64,000 nt of DNA from the human T2T-CHM13v2.0 reference genome, Homo sapiens, in NCBI GenBank assembly GCA_009914755.4, contig CP086569.2, positions 15,072,001-15,136,000 of the forward strand. The letters run 5' to 3'. The translations under genes were made by a program, and so were the position numbers. Shown one piece after another: positions 12,828-25,209 of this stretch. The first letter of the stretch is position 1. Each line of letters begins with the position of its first letter. Under the pieces are notes generated by a model, which saw only the letters and a list, made by a program, of their open reading frames with translations, was not told the origin of the DNA and searched no databases.

Positions 12828-13356
12828 CAGTGGTCCCCAACCTTTTTGGCACCAAGGACTGGTTTCACAGAAGACAATTTTTCCATGGGCAAGAGGGTGG
12901 TAGGGGGATGGTTTGTGGATGATTCAGGCAGATGACATATATTCACTTTTTTTCTGTTATTATCACATTATATTAAATAATGAAATAATTCTACAACTCA
13001 ACATAATGCAGAATCAGTGGGAGCATTGATCTTTTATTCCCACAGTTAGGTAGTCCCTTCTAGGGGTAATAGATTACAGTGACAGATCATCAGGTATTAG
13101 ATTCTCACAAGAAACATGCAATATAGCTCTCTCCCATGTGCAGTTCACGAAAGGGTTCATGCTCCTATGAGAATCTAATGCCTATGCCACTCTGATAGGA
13201 GGCAGACCTCAGGTGATAAAGAGAATGATAGGGAGTGGCTGCAAATACAGATGCAGCTTCATGTACTTGCCTGCTGCTCACCTCATGCTGTGTGGCCCAG
13301 TTTCTAACAAGCCACAAAGCAACACCAATCCATGGACCAGGGCCTGGCGACCCCTG
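12828..13356. mobile_element. Non-autonomous DNA transposon (MER30-like, hAT-type) with both terminal inverted repeats present
   Basis: 5' end cagtggtccccaacctttttggcaccaaggactggtttcacagaagacaatttttccatggg and 3' end …ccatggaccagggcctggcgacccctg, which is the inverse complement of the 5' terminus. The interior (…atcatcaggtattagattctcacaagaaacatgcaat…agggttcatgctcctatgagaatctaatgcc…) matches the MER30 consensus as recalled. An extra ~170 bp AT-rich segment is inserted at ~12900-13070. Confidence 0.6.
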
Positions 13357-13534
13357 CTTTTACCAAAATCTCCTGCTCGAAGAAACTTGGTTTGTGTTGA
13401 GCTATGGAAGGTAGAGATGACATTATAAATTACTGTGAACTGAACTGGGCTCCTTCTCTTTAGTGTCCCCTCCTAGCTTTATTTAGGTATCATGGACAAA
13501 ACCTATTGCACAGTAAAGTATACAATATGATGAT

Positions 13535-13553
13535 TTACTATATATATATAGTG

Positions 13554-13591
<38 letters not shown>

Positions 13592-13748
13592 AGGTCTGTT
13601 ATATATATGATATGTATATGTGTATATTATGTATATATGTATATATATAAACACTATATATATACACATATACATATATACATAACATATATATAACCTA
13701 TCTGATATATATACATATATATATATATACACCACTATATATATGTAT
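13535..13748. repeat. AT-rich compound microsatellite (TA)n/(TATATG)n with palindromic organisation
   Basis: About 210 bp of TA-rich repeats. The left arm tatatatatagtggtgtatatatatat (13541-13567) is the exact inverse complement of the right arm atatatatatacaccactatatatat (13717-13742). Confidence 0.9.
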
Positions 13749-15279
13749 ATAGAAAGAGTAAATCCACCACCTTGGAGCTCTTAAGAGTATTACCGTACAC
13801 CCCACTTCAAGTCTGTGGTTATCTTATTATGCTCCTTTTGGGAAATAATCAGCTCTTTTTGTACCTGAAAAGCAGCCCATATGCTCTCCCATTCACATTC
13901 ACAGAGTAGCTGAAACTGGCTCTGTATTGGAGAGATACAAAAATAAATCTGAGTTATAGACTATGTCTGCCAGCAACTCTTAATCTTTCTGGAGCCAGAA
14001 CACACATGCACTCACAACCATATGGGAGTAACCACAATGGAAGATGTTGCATGACACTGGCAATGACAGAACTGATGTACATAAATAAAACCAATACTTT
14101 AGAGTACAGATTTAGAGTTCTGAAATCCACACATTTATACACAGAGAATAGCTCTCTAAAAGCATGAGCAACTTGCTTTTTTTTTTAGAATTGCAATTAA
14201 TAGTAAAAAGATTACATTCTGTCTCTCAAAGATCTTTTCTTTGTCATTACAAGCTTGGTAGATGTTGCAGATGATAGCAATAGTTACTCTGATGTACAGG
14301 TGGAATTTGATTCATTTCACAGGTATCTATAGAATTTGTCCAGTGTTTCTAGTGCTTTGATCCAGGTTTCCTCTTATTCAAGAACTTAAAGAAAATATTT
14401 TTGCAACATTGATTTTTTGAAAACTCTTCAACTCTCTTGGCTTCCAATGCAATGACAGGTATAAATATTGTGGGGGTTTGGGTTGATTTGATGCATTTTC
14501 ATCATTGCTGCTGGCTTGCGACAGATGCCTGATCAGCAGGCCAGAGCTTAACAGGCTGAACCACGTATTGATGTAGGTGTTTTGCTTTAACAATTCATAC
14601 AGGGGGTGAATGCAGGTGGACAGCCCTATCTCAGGTCCTATTTGGCCTCTCACACATGTAGAAAGTTCTTTAATGTCTCTATAAGTTCAGTTTCTTCATC
14701 TGTAAAATTGGTAAAAATAGTAACACCTACACTAGGGAATTGTTCTAGGAATTAAATCATTAACAAATGTAGAATGCCTAGTGCATCAAAAATGTATCCT
14801 AAATGATAGAAGTTGTTGTTGATCTCTACGCAAAATTGAAATGACAAGAGTAAGAAAACCATTATATTATAATATAAATATAGTCTTCTAACATAATGCC
14901 TAAAACGAAGCATGCCTGTGTTTCTAGTTACAGCTCCAAATTGACTGAACATCAGTTTGAATGTTTCATTCTTGAGATATTTTTGCCATTTTAAAAATAA
15001 TAAGACACATAAATGCCCTGAAGTCACTATTTCAGGAGTCAACTGAATGTACTGTTTGCAAGAGGAGAATTGATCTTGGACTCTTAAAAAGGCAATTCTC
15101 AACTTGGACATGGTATGTTCAGTTTGGGATAGCAGACTTTGTCTAATCATCTATCTCAGAGTTTAGGATACCACACTCGTTTAATTATGGTGGTATCCCA
15201 AACACATAGAACAGCACCTAGCTGAAAGAGGACATCAATAAATGCTATCTCATTTCTTCCCGCTTTGAGAATGATGTAA

Positions 15280-15663
<384 letters not shown>

Positions 15664-16308
15664 TTATTATTATATAACCCCAAGAATCCCTGGTGAATAT
15701 CAGTGACCTAGTCACAATAGGTAATCAATAAAAGTGAGTGAATAATTCACATTGCAGAAGAATGATGTGGTAAGACTGTTTAGGATGTAAATCAATGCAG
15801 GAAAATGACTAATTAGTCTAGAAAACCTTGTTCTCTTGTCTACTAGGGAAGCATATTTTTGTCTTTCATTATTTAATTATTTTTCAGATATTCTTTGGCA
15901 ACCATTTCTGTAACAACCTCCTCATGACAGACACAGCAGCAGACCCAAGCCCAACAGCTGGAAGAACACATGCTGGGCCATGACTGTCTGTGATAAGCAT
16001 GGAAGAGTGTTGTGGGAAACAGAAAAGTGAGAGCTGAGAAACATAGAAACAATGGCTTGAGACAGGTTCAAGAGAATACTCCAGCCAAGGGAAGAACTTG
16101 GAGAACTTTGCCAACAATGCGTAGTTAGAAGTTAAGAATGCTAATCTGTGAACTTTTAGAGGAGAAGCCCATGTTGTGTCCACCCAAAAGATGAGAATGA
16201 GACCTCTTCATTCCACCTTCTATTCCCCCTTGTTCAGAAGTGCCATGTCTGTGCAACTACCCTGCCTCAGATTTTTGGTGGTACCAGATGCTGACTTTGA
16301 TGTGGTAA

Positions 16309-16605
16309 TTTTTTTTTTTTTTTTGAGATGGAGTCTTACTCTGTCGCCCAGGTTGAAGTGCAGTGGTGTGATCTCAGCTCACTGAAACTTCCACCCTCCA
16401 AGTTCAAACAATTGTCAAGCCTCAGCCTCCGGAGTAGCTGAGATTACAGGTGCCTGCCACTGCACCCAGCTAATTGTTTGTATTTTTAGTAGAGATTGGG
16501 TTTCATCATCTTGGCCAGGCTGGTCTTGAACTCCTGACCTGGTGATCCACCTGCCTCAGCCTCCCAAAGTACTGGGATTACAGGTGTGAGCCACCACACC
16601 CAGCC
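16309..16605 (-). mobile_element. Alu SINE (AluS/J-like), antisense
   Basis: Poly(T) then gagatggagtcttactctgtcgcccaggttgaagtgcagtggtgtgatctcagctcactg…gggattacaggtgtgagccaccacacccagcc. Confidence 0.95.
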
Positions 16606-16784
16606 TTATGTGCCTATTTTTAAAGTAAACTTACCCTAACTCTGTAACCACATCAATAGACACTTGGCCCTGTTAGCTGGCCAAACCAAACTTATAAACC
16701 CATACCCTATCTGCATTCCAAATGCACTGATATTTTTCTCCAGTTGTTTAATTATACCTTGTTATTTAATTATACCTTGTTTTT

Positions 16785-19700
16785 TATTTTTCTTTTTAAA
16801 TTCAAACATTTTAAATTATACATCATTGTACATACTTATGGCATACTACGTGATGTTTTGATAGATGTATACATTGTATGATAATTAAATCAAAGCACTT
16901 AGCAAATTCATCACCTAAAATGTTTAGCATTTCTTTGCGGTGAGAACACTTAAAATCCTCTCCTCTATCTATTTTGAAATACACAATATATATTTGAAAT
17001 ACACAATATATAGTTGTTAACTATAGTCATCCCACTATGCAATTGAAAAGCAGAACTTACTTTGGTATTTAACATTAACTTTGTACCCATTCGTGAACTT
17101 CTGCCCACTCCAACTCCCCTCTACTCTCTCCATCTGCTAACTACTACTCTACTCTCTACTTCTATGAGATCAGCTTTCTAAGATTCTACATATGAGTGAG
17201 ATGTTGCAGTATTCCTCTTTCTGTATCTGATTTATTTTACTTCAACTTAAGCCACTCCAGGTACATCCATGTTGCTGCAAATGACAGAATCCCATTCCCA
17301 ACTAGTAATCTCTTCTGTATATGTACACCACATTTTACTTATTCATTCATCCACTGACGAACATTTAGGTTGATTTCATAGCTTGGCTATTATGAATAGT
17401 TCTGCAATAAACATGGGAGTGCAGATATCACTTTTCATGCATTGATTCTCAACTTAAACTCCCTTCCAAGATTACTCTTTGCAATGTGAATCATTTGTTT
17501 CTTTTTGGTATGAATATACCCAGTAGCTGGATTGCTGACTCATAGGGTAGTTCTATTTTTAATTTTTTGAGGAACGTCATAGTGTTTTCTACCATGGCTG
17601 TACTAATTTACAATCCCATCAACAACATGTAAAGGTTTCCCTTTTTCACACATTCTTGCCAGCATTTGTTACATTGTGATTTTTGGTAATAGACATTCTA
17701 ACTGGAGTGAGGTGATGAGTCATTGCGGTTTTAATTTGCATTTCCCTGATGATTAATGATTGTGAACATTGTCTTCATTCACGTATTGGCTGCTTGTATG
17801 TCTTCTTTTGAGAACTGTATATTCAGGTCTTTTGCCCATTTCAAAACCTGGATTATTTGTAGGGTTTTTTTTTCTATAGAGTGTTTTAAGATCCCTTATA
17901 TATCCTGAATACTAACAACTTGTTGAGTGTATAGTTTTTGAATATTTTCTCCCATTCTGTGGGTTGTCTTTTCACTCCATTGATTGTGTCCTTTGCCACA
18001 TAGAGGATTTTTTATTTGATGTGATTTAATACTTTTTGCTTTCATTGTCTATGCTTTTTGAGATCTTATCAAAAAATCCCTCCGCTATAGGTTTCCTCTA
18101 GGTTTCAGGCCTTACATCTAAGTTTTTAATCCACTTTGAGATGATATTTACATATGCTAAAACATGGTGGTCTAGTTTCATTTTTCTGCACATAAAAATC
18201 CAATTTTCCCAGGATTGTTTATTGAAGAGACTTGTCTTTTCTCCAATGCATATCCTTGCAACTTCGTGAAAAATCAGTTGCCTGTATATGGGTGGATTTA
18301 TTTCTGGGTTCTCTTTTCTGTTTCACTTAAGTGTCTGCTTTTGTGTCAGTACCATGCTGCTTTGGTTACTGTAGTTCTGTAACATATTTTGAAGTCAAAA
18401 TTGTAATACCTCCAGCTTTGGTCTTTTTGGTTAAGACAGCTTTGGTTTTTCAAGGTGTTTTATGGTTCCATAAACATTTTAGGATTAGCTTTTCTCTTTC
18501 TGTGAAGAATGTCATTGGTATGTTAATAGGCATTGCATTGAAACTGTAGACTGCTTTGGGTAGTATGGACGTTTTTACAATATTAACTCGTCTACTCCTT
18601 GAATGCAACATATCTTTCATTTATGCTCTCTCCCATTTCTTTCATCAATGTTTTACAGCTTTCAGTGTGGAGATATTTCAGCTCATTGGTTAAATTTATT
18701 CATGGGTATTTTAGTTGTTTTTTTGTAGTTATTATGAATGGGATTTTTTAAATTTATTTTTCAGGTAATTTATTTTAGTATATAGAAATACTACTGCTTT
18801 TATGTTCATTTCATATCCTGTAACTTTACTGAATTTGTTTATTAGTTCTAGGTGTTTTGGCTTGGAGTCTTTAGTGTTTTTCTCTATATAAAATCATGCC
18901 ATCTGTGAACAGAGAAAATTTAACTTCTTTCTTTCCAATTTGAATGCCTTTAAAAAATTTCTATTGCCTAACAGTTCTGGCTAGAATTTCTAGTACTATA
19001 TTGAATAGAAATGGTGAAAATGGGCATTCTTGTCTTATTTCAGATTTAAAGAAGAAGATTTTTGCTTTTTCCCATTCAGTATGATGTTAGCTGTAGATTT
19101 GTCATATATATCTTTTATTACATTGAGGTGTGTTCCTTCTGTGTGTAATTTGTTGAGAATTTTTTTATGAATAGATTTTTTTTCAAATGCTTTTTCTTTA
19201 TCTCTTGGAATGATCATTTTTTTTTGTCCTTTATTTTGTTAATGCGATGTATCATGTTTACTGATTTGCATATGTTGAATCATTCTTGAATCCATGTAAT
19301 GAACCCCAATTGATTATGGTGAATGATCTTTATAATCCACTGTTGAATATTTTCCTGGTATTTTGTTGAGGCTTTTTGCAACCATCTTCACTGGGGATAT
19401 CGGCCTGTAGTTTTGTTTGTGTGTATGTGTCCTTGTCTAGTTTTGGTATCTGGGTAACACTAGCCTCATAGAATAAGTGTGGAAGAATTCCCTCCTCTTC
19501 AATTTTTTTTGGAAGAGTTTGAGAAGAATGGGTATTAATTTTTCTCTAAATCTTTGGTAGTATTCTACAGTGAAGCCATTAGGTCCTGGGTTCTTTTTTC
19601 ATGGAGATATTTTATTACTAATTCAATCTTTTATTCGTTATGGTCTGTTCAGATTTTCTACTTCTTCATTATTCAATCCTGGCTGGCTATCTGTGGTAGG

Positions 19701-21264
19701 TGATTTATCTATGTCTTCTAGGTTTTCCAATTTGTTGGCATGCACTTGTTGAAAGAAGTGTCTTATGATTCTTTGTATTTCTGTGATGTTCATTGTGGTG
19801 TCTATTTTCATCTCTGTTTTTATTTATTTTTGTATTCTTTTTTCCTAATTAGTCTCACTAAAATTTTGTCACTTGCTTATCCTTTCAAAAATCAAATGCT
19901 TTATATTTTTTATCTTTTATTTTTTATCTCTGTTTTCTTTATTACTGCTCTTATCTTTATTAGTTCTTTCTACTAATTTTGGGTTTAATTTGTTATTATT
20001 TTTCTAGTTCTTTGAGGTAAACAATAGGTTGTTTACGGGGAATCTTTATTCTATTTGAATGTAGATATTTATTGCTATAAGCTTCCAAATAGTGTTTTTT
20101 TTTTTTTTTTTTTTTTTTTTAGTAACCTGTATGTTTTGGTATGTTGAATTTCCATTTTCATTTGTCTCTAGAAATTGTATAATTTCCCTTCCAATTTCTT
20201 CTGACCTGTTGGTTGTTCTGGAGTATGTCGTTTAATTTCCATGTATATGCACAGTTTCCAAAGGGAGCAAGAAATAAATAAAGGATCTACAAAGGAACCA
20301 GAAAACCATAAACTGGCAGTCGTAGGTCCTTGTCCATCAATAATTATTTTGATGTAAATGGATTAAATTCTCCAATCAAAATACATAGAATGACTGAATG
20401 GACAAAAAAACAAGATCCAACTATATGTTGCCTAAAAGAGACCCACTTTAGTCTTATGGATGCACATAAAGTGAAAGTAAAAGGATAGAAGAAGATAGTC
20501 CATGCAAAGGGAGAAAGTAAAAGAAAATACGAGTGGCTATATTATTTCATATAAATATGGTTAAAGTCAACAAACTGTCATGGGAGACTAAGAAGGTCAT
20601 TATTTTATGAGAAAGGGCTCAATTCATCAAGAAGAGAAAACAATGACATATAAAACAAAGTGCTTCCATTAGACTTCCTAAATATATAAAGCAAATATTA
20701 ATGGACATAAAGGGAGAAACAGATAGCAATACAATAAGAGTAGAGGACTTTAATACCCCATGTCATCAATGTACAGATCAATCAGACAGAAAATTAAATG
20801 AAATACTCAATTAAACTGCACTTTAGCCAAAACAGACCAAAAAATATATACAGAACTTAATATCCAACGGTAGCAGCGCATACATTTTTCTCTAGTGCAC
20901 ATGTAATGTCCGTCAGGGTAGCTCACATGGCAGGCCAAACAACAAGACTTAGCCAACTTTTAAAAATCAAAATCTGGCCAAGCACAGTGGCTCATGCCTG
21001 TAATCCCAGCCCTCTGGGAGCCCAGGGCAGGTAGATCACCTGAGGTCAGAAGTTCAAGACCAACCTGGCCAAAACAACAAAATCCTGTCTCCACTAAAAA
21101 TACAAAAAATTAGCTAGGTGTGATGGCATGTGCTTGAGATCCCAGATACTTGGGAAGCTGAGGAAGGAGGAGAATCATTTGAACCTGGGAGGCGGGGGTT
21201 GTGGTGAGCCAAGATCGTGCCTCTGCACTCCAGCCTGGGCTACAGAGGGAGACTTTGTCTCAGA

Positions 21265-21303
<39 letters not shown>

Positions 21304-21362
21304 ATTGCCATCTTAAATATGATTTCTGACTACAAGGATCTGAATAACTAACAATTAAAACT
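16785..21362 (-). mobile_element. Older L1 (L1PB/L1MA-like) inserted antisense, 5'-truncated, with a 5' inversion (twin-priming type). The sense-orientation part is 16785-20270; the inverted ORF2 endonuclease part is 20275-21362 (reads on +)
   Basis: 16785-17300 is the reverse complement of the older-L1 3'UTR (…ggatgactatagttaacaa…gtgttctcaccgcaaagaaatgctaaacatttt…). The minus-strand ORF 19035-19217 matches the L1 RT motif (IIPRDKEKAFEKKSIHKKILNKL…ANIILNGKKQ). The plus-strand 20300-20960 translates to L1 ORF2 EN motifs (QDPTICCLKETHF…, RTLIPHV.NVQ). The two parts abut at L1 ORF2 aa ~240-250, as twin priming would produce. Confidence 0.8.
20976..21304 (+). mobile_element. Alu SINE (AluS-like) inserted into the inverted L1 segment; the tail has expanded to an (AAAT)n microsatellite
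   Basis: ggccaagcacagtggctcatgcctgtaatcccagc…cagcctgggctacagagggagactttgtctc followed by (ataa)n at 21262-21304. L1 EN-derived sequence resumes after the tail (…ISDYKDLNN…). Confidence 0.95.
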
Positions 21363-21829
21363 TTTTTTTTTTAAACTGAAGGCTTTCGAAAATCGTGGCT
21401 TTTTTTTTGAAATGCACTTGATCCCGGTCATAACACTTTTACTTTAATTCTAACTTCAGGTCTCAGCAAAAATGTGATTTCTGCATGAAAGCATCTTCTG
21501 TTCCCCCTAAATTGAATTATTTGTTTCTGCAATGTGTTAAATATGATTTTGCTCTAGCAGAATGCATCAGCATTTACTATAGCAGTTTGTTAGTTTTCTA
21601 GTTGGCTTCTAGAAATGCTTTAGTTCTGTGAGGCCAGGACTGACTCTACCTGTTTAAATAACCCTGAGCTATACCCACATCCTTCCATCCATCTCTATTC
21701 AATAAATACTTGTGAATTAACAAGTAAATATAGCCATGGAGAGCAAGTTGAGTGAATAATTAATGGGGACTGGAGGGAGTCGGGTGGAGGTATCCACAGG
21801 ATACAAATTAAGAATATGATCCTTAGACA

Positions 21830-22035
21830 TGAAAATGTCTGTCCCTAGTGCTGGTGGCACCACTTAACAACATTATTATTTGCAGCAAATGTTTTCTCCT
21901 ATCTGTGCCTCAGTTTCTTAATATCTTTGGAATAATTTGATGTTCCTTCCTCATAGAGATGTTAAAAGTATTGCCGGAGGTACACCTGTAAACTCCCAGA
22001 ATGGTGCCTGATATACCATTTACACTCCTGAGTGT
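21830..22035 (+). mobile_element. MIR SINE fragment
   Basis: ctgtgcctcagtttcttaatatctttggaataatttgatgttccttcctcatagagatgttaaaagtattgc…cagaatggtgcctgatataccatttacactcctgagtgttag parallels the MIR core (ctgtgcctcagtttcctcatctgtaaaatgggg…cctcatagggttgttgtgaggatt…agaacagtgcctggcacatagtaagcgctcaataaatgttag). Confidence 0.6.
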
Positions 22036-24644
22036 TAGATATTACAAGGGTTATACTGTGTCTGGGGTGAAGCACTGTTGCTGGTGGCCATTTCCATGTG
22101 CCCATCTGAATAGAACGTCAAAGGGTATGATGGCGAAGCATGATGGAACTGGCCGCCCTGATGCAGAAGAAAAATCTGTTAGAAGACTGAGTAAGGAGTT
22201 TCACATATCAGCTGATATCCCATATTCCCATATCTGTAACTCTAGAAGATGATTTATGCAACCAGTATCCTCCAAAAGATAGATTTAAGAAAACACACCC
22301 TTTCTTTCTCAGAAAACACTACATGTATATGTTTGCTAAAAAAAAAATTAGTTTTCGAATGAATACGTATAAGGAAAAAATGAACAAATATACCATGAGT
22401 CCTATTAAAATAATTTGGAGCAGTATGAAGGGTTGGTGAGGAATTTTAGAAACAACAGTTTTTTTCTACATTCTGTTAGTCTTAGGTTTGTATGTGAATA
22501 GTAACTTCCTCATGTGTAAGGGAAAGCAGACATTGGAAGAAAGTATTTCAAATGCAGATGAGAAAATTCTGCAAGATCTTCCAGTCTAAACTTAAGAAAC
22601 TGTAGGCTAACACATGTCATACTTAATATAGTATGCAATCCATAAATCCCGGTCATGAAAAACCATAACTAGCTTATAATCTAGAGATCTACTGATCTTT
22701 CTGCAGCACATTTACTATCTTAGTAACTGGTACACTATTCAATAAAGGAAAAACAGAAGGAAATCCTTCAAAGTATGAAAGCTCTGGAACTGAGCAAGAA
22801 TTCTGAAACTGGGCTACAGCTGGCTCTACTCATCATATCCTTCCTCAGGTATCATGGCACATTCCTTAGGAAATGACAAACTGGTGGATAAAGCAAAACT
22901 ACACTGAGCCGTTCTCAGTAGGAATGAGCACACTGTCCATGTGTTCATGTGATGGCTAAGCCAGACACATTATGAAGCTCAGAGTCAACAATCTCCAGGG
23001 GTCCTGGGAGTGCTGGCTCAACATACCCAAGAAAGACAGAAAGAATCAAGAAATCCAATGCTCCCTTACAAATATGGCTTGTTTGTTACTTATTAGCAAT
23101 GCATGATATTGATCCTGCCTGCAGCCCATTGCCAATACTTCAGATAAAATTGACATCTCATCATGGTAAGGGACAGCTGGAAACTGGTCTTTAAAAAGTG
23201 ATTTCAAAGGACAGACACTTGGCTTCTAAACAGCCAGCAAATGGTCTCATAGTACAGGGAAGAAAAGGAATTACTTGCCAATGGAATCCGCACGTTGTCA
23301 TATATTGTGTGGAGTAGTTCTTCTCACACAACTGTGAGTGAAACCTTCGAAAAGTATTAAAAAGTTTGCTTGTCAACTCTGCCCAGGCCGTTTTGCCCTC
23401 CAGATGCCAAACAAACCCAAAACAATATATTGTTTTCTATAGTTGTTGTGCTTATGCCCATCTAGATGCATGTCCTTCATAAGAGCTCTGCTTCTAGCTG
23501 GGACTTTGGAGGAAAAGTTACCCATACAAGATCAAATGCATCTAGTATTGGCAAAAATTTTAATTTAAAATTTAAATGCATTAGTGATTTACATTTCATA
23601 ATGTATAATACAGCATGATATTCTTACAAACAGCTGTATGAGTGTTGAAGATATATGCACTTTCATTCTCTAATGTGAAATCTGGCACTGCCATGGGGAA
23701 AAATATTGTATAGTCTTCCACTGTGAATGTCTTTTGACTTTTTACTGAGTCCAGTCTTTCTGAAAAAAAAAAAAAAAAACATAGAAATGAAATTAGACAT
23801 TTGTTGAATGTGGGAGAAAATTTTCACAGAAGGAAACTATGTGAATTAGACACAAACAGATGGTAAGACTCTGTGGCTGCCTCCCTGCCTGCTCTGTCAA
23901 TGGGAGGGGAATCGTGGCAAGGTTAACAGGGCCCGGAGAATATGAATATCCTCATCAACTTTCTTCCAGGGCTTGAGAAACCAACAGATTGATCTGACTC
24001 TGTCTTCATCAGTTTAAAGGAAAGGGCCAGTGGGATAAATATGATTTTTTTTTTGGTAATGATTTTGAAACAAGAAAGAAAAAAAAAAGCAATCTATTTA
24101 TTCTTCTCTATATTAAGGTATGGTCAATTGGTACCAAAAGAAAGCCACTTCCCTTTGACTTTATATCTAGAAAACAAATTCTTAAATGAAGGAGAGCAAT
24201 TTTATCCCCCAGAGACATTAGGTTATGCTTGAAGACAATTTTGGTTGTCGTCACTTGGGGAGGAGTGCTAGGTTACTGGCATCTGGGTAGGTAAAGGCCA
24301 GGGATGTTTGTCAACATCTTATAACACACAGGACATTCCCTCTCTCTCTGAATAGAACGAATAATTAGCCAAGCCAAAGATAATCTCATCTGAACAAGAA
24401 AGAATTGTGGCAGAATATTTCAAGGTCACAAATTCAAATGCCTACAGGTTTTAGGCAGGTGACAAATTAATGCAATGGGCTAGGTGTAAGTCAGTAAGGA
24501 GTAGTAGATCCTTTAGCAAATATTGCAAGGCTGAGAAATCCTTATCTAGAAAAAAGTTGCATTCGCTATGGAACCATAGTATTCTAGAGACAGTGGATAA
24601 GATTTCAGAGTTTCTTGTTTTTTCCACCGCAATTTCTTTTTTGA

Positions 24645-24912
24645 CTATTCATGAGTGTATGTTTTATGTGTACATGAAAAAAAGAAATTAGCTTTCTTTC
24701 TTTGACTCCCAGTAAATGCATGCTGTACGTGTATATGAAAACAAAATTTGGCTTCTTTGACCACTAGTTCATGCTCTGTGATTATATGAAAACAAGAAAT
24801 TATCTGTCTTTGATTACTAGTATACGCACGCTTTATATGTATATGAAAACAAGACACTAGCCTTCTTTGAACACTAGTAAAGGCATGCTTTGTGTATATA
24901 TAAAAATAAAAT
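24645..24912. repeat. Minisatellite: about 5 imperfect copies of a ~57-bp unit
   Basis: Repeating unit approximately tactagtaaatgcatgctgtatgtgtatatgaaaacaagaaattagccttctttga. The copies end …cccag/…cactag/…tactag/…cactag. This explains the spurious 125-aa minus-strand ORF 24645-25022. Confidence 0.85.
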
Positions 24913-24914
24913 CC

Positions 24915-25209
24915 AGCTGAGTATGGGGGCTCATACCTGCAATCCCAGTACTTTGGGAGGTTGAGGTGGGCAGCGCCTGAGGTCAGGTGTTCAAGACCAG
25001 CCTGGCCAATATGGTGAAACACTGTCTCTACTAAATATACAAAAATTAGCCAGGCTTGGTTGCGAGCATCTGTAATCCCAGCTTATTGGGAGGCTGAGGC
25101 AAGAGAATTGCTTGAATCTGGGAGGACAAGGTTGCAGTTAGATGAGATCCTGCCATTGCACTCCAGCCTGGGTGACAAGAGTGAGACTTTGTCTCAAAAA
25201 ATTAAAAAT
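24915..25209 (+). mobile_element. Alu SINE (diverged AluS/J) flanked by a 13-bp target-site duplication
   Basis: agctgagtatgggggctcatacctgcaatcccagtactttgggagg…cctgggtgacaagagtgagactttgtctc plus an A-rich tail. The direct repeat aaaaataaaatcc occurs at 24902-24914 and at 25210-25222. Confidence 0.9.

Noticed and set aside
13535-13748. Tandem or interspersed short repeats considered as a CRISPR array (also 24645-24912, 30355-30480, 56278-56460)
   Set aside because: These are eukaryotic micro- and minisatellites (AT-rich, variable unit length, no fixed-length unique spacers). The surrounding sequence is primate genomic DNA full of Alu/L1, so a CRISPR interpretation is excluded.
14752-15150. 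132-aa minus-strand ORF in non-repeat sequence
   Set aside because: AT-rich, no recognisable domain, and no splice-site-delimited exon structure. Length is within chance expectation for 64 kb of ~37% GC DNA.
20094-20121. 28-nt poly(T) inside the antisense L1 at 20094-20121, considered as the tail of a nested SINE
   Set aside because: No Alu or other SINE body adjoins it. It corresponds to an A-run within L1 ORF2 that has expanded by slippage, analogous to the (A)38 at 44539.
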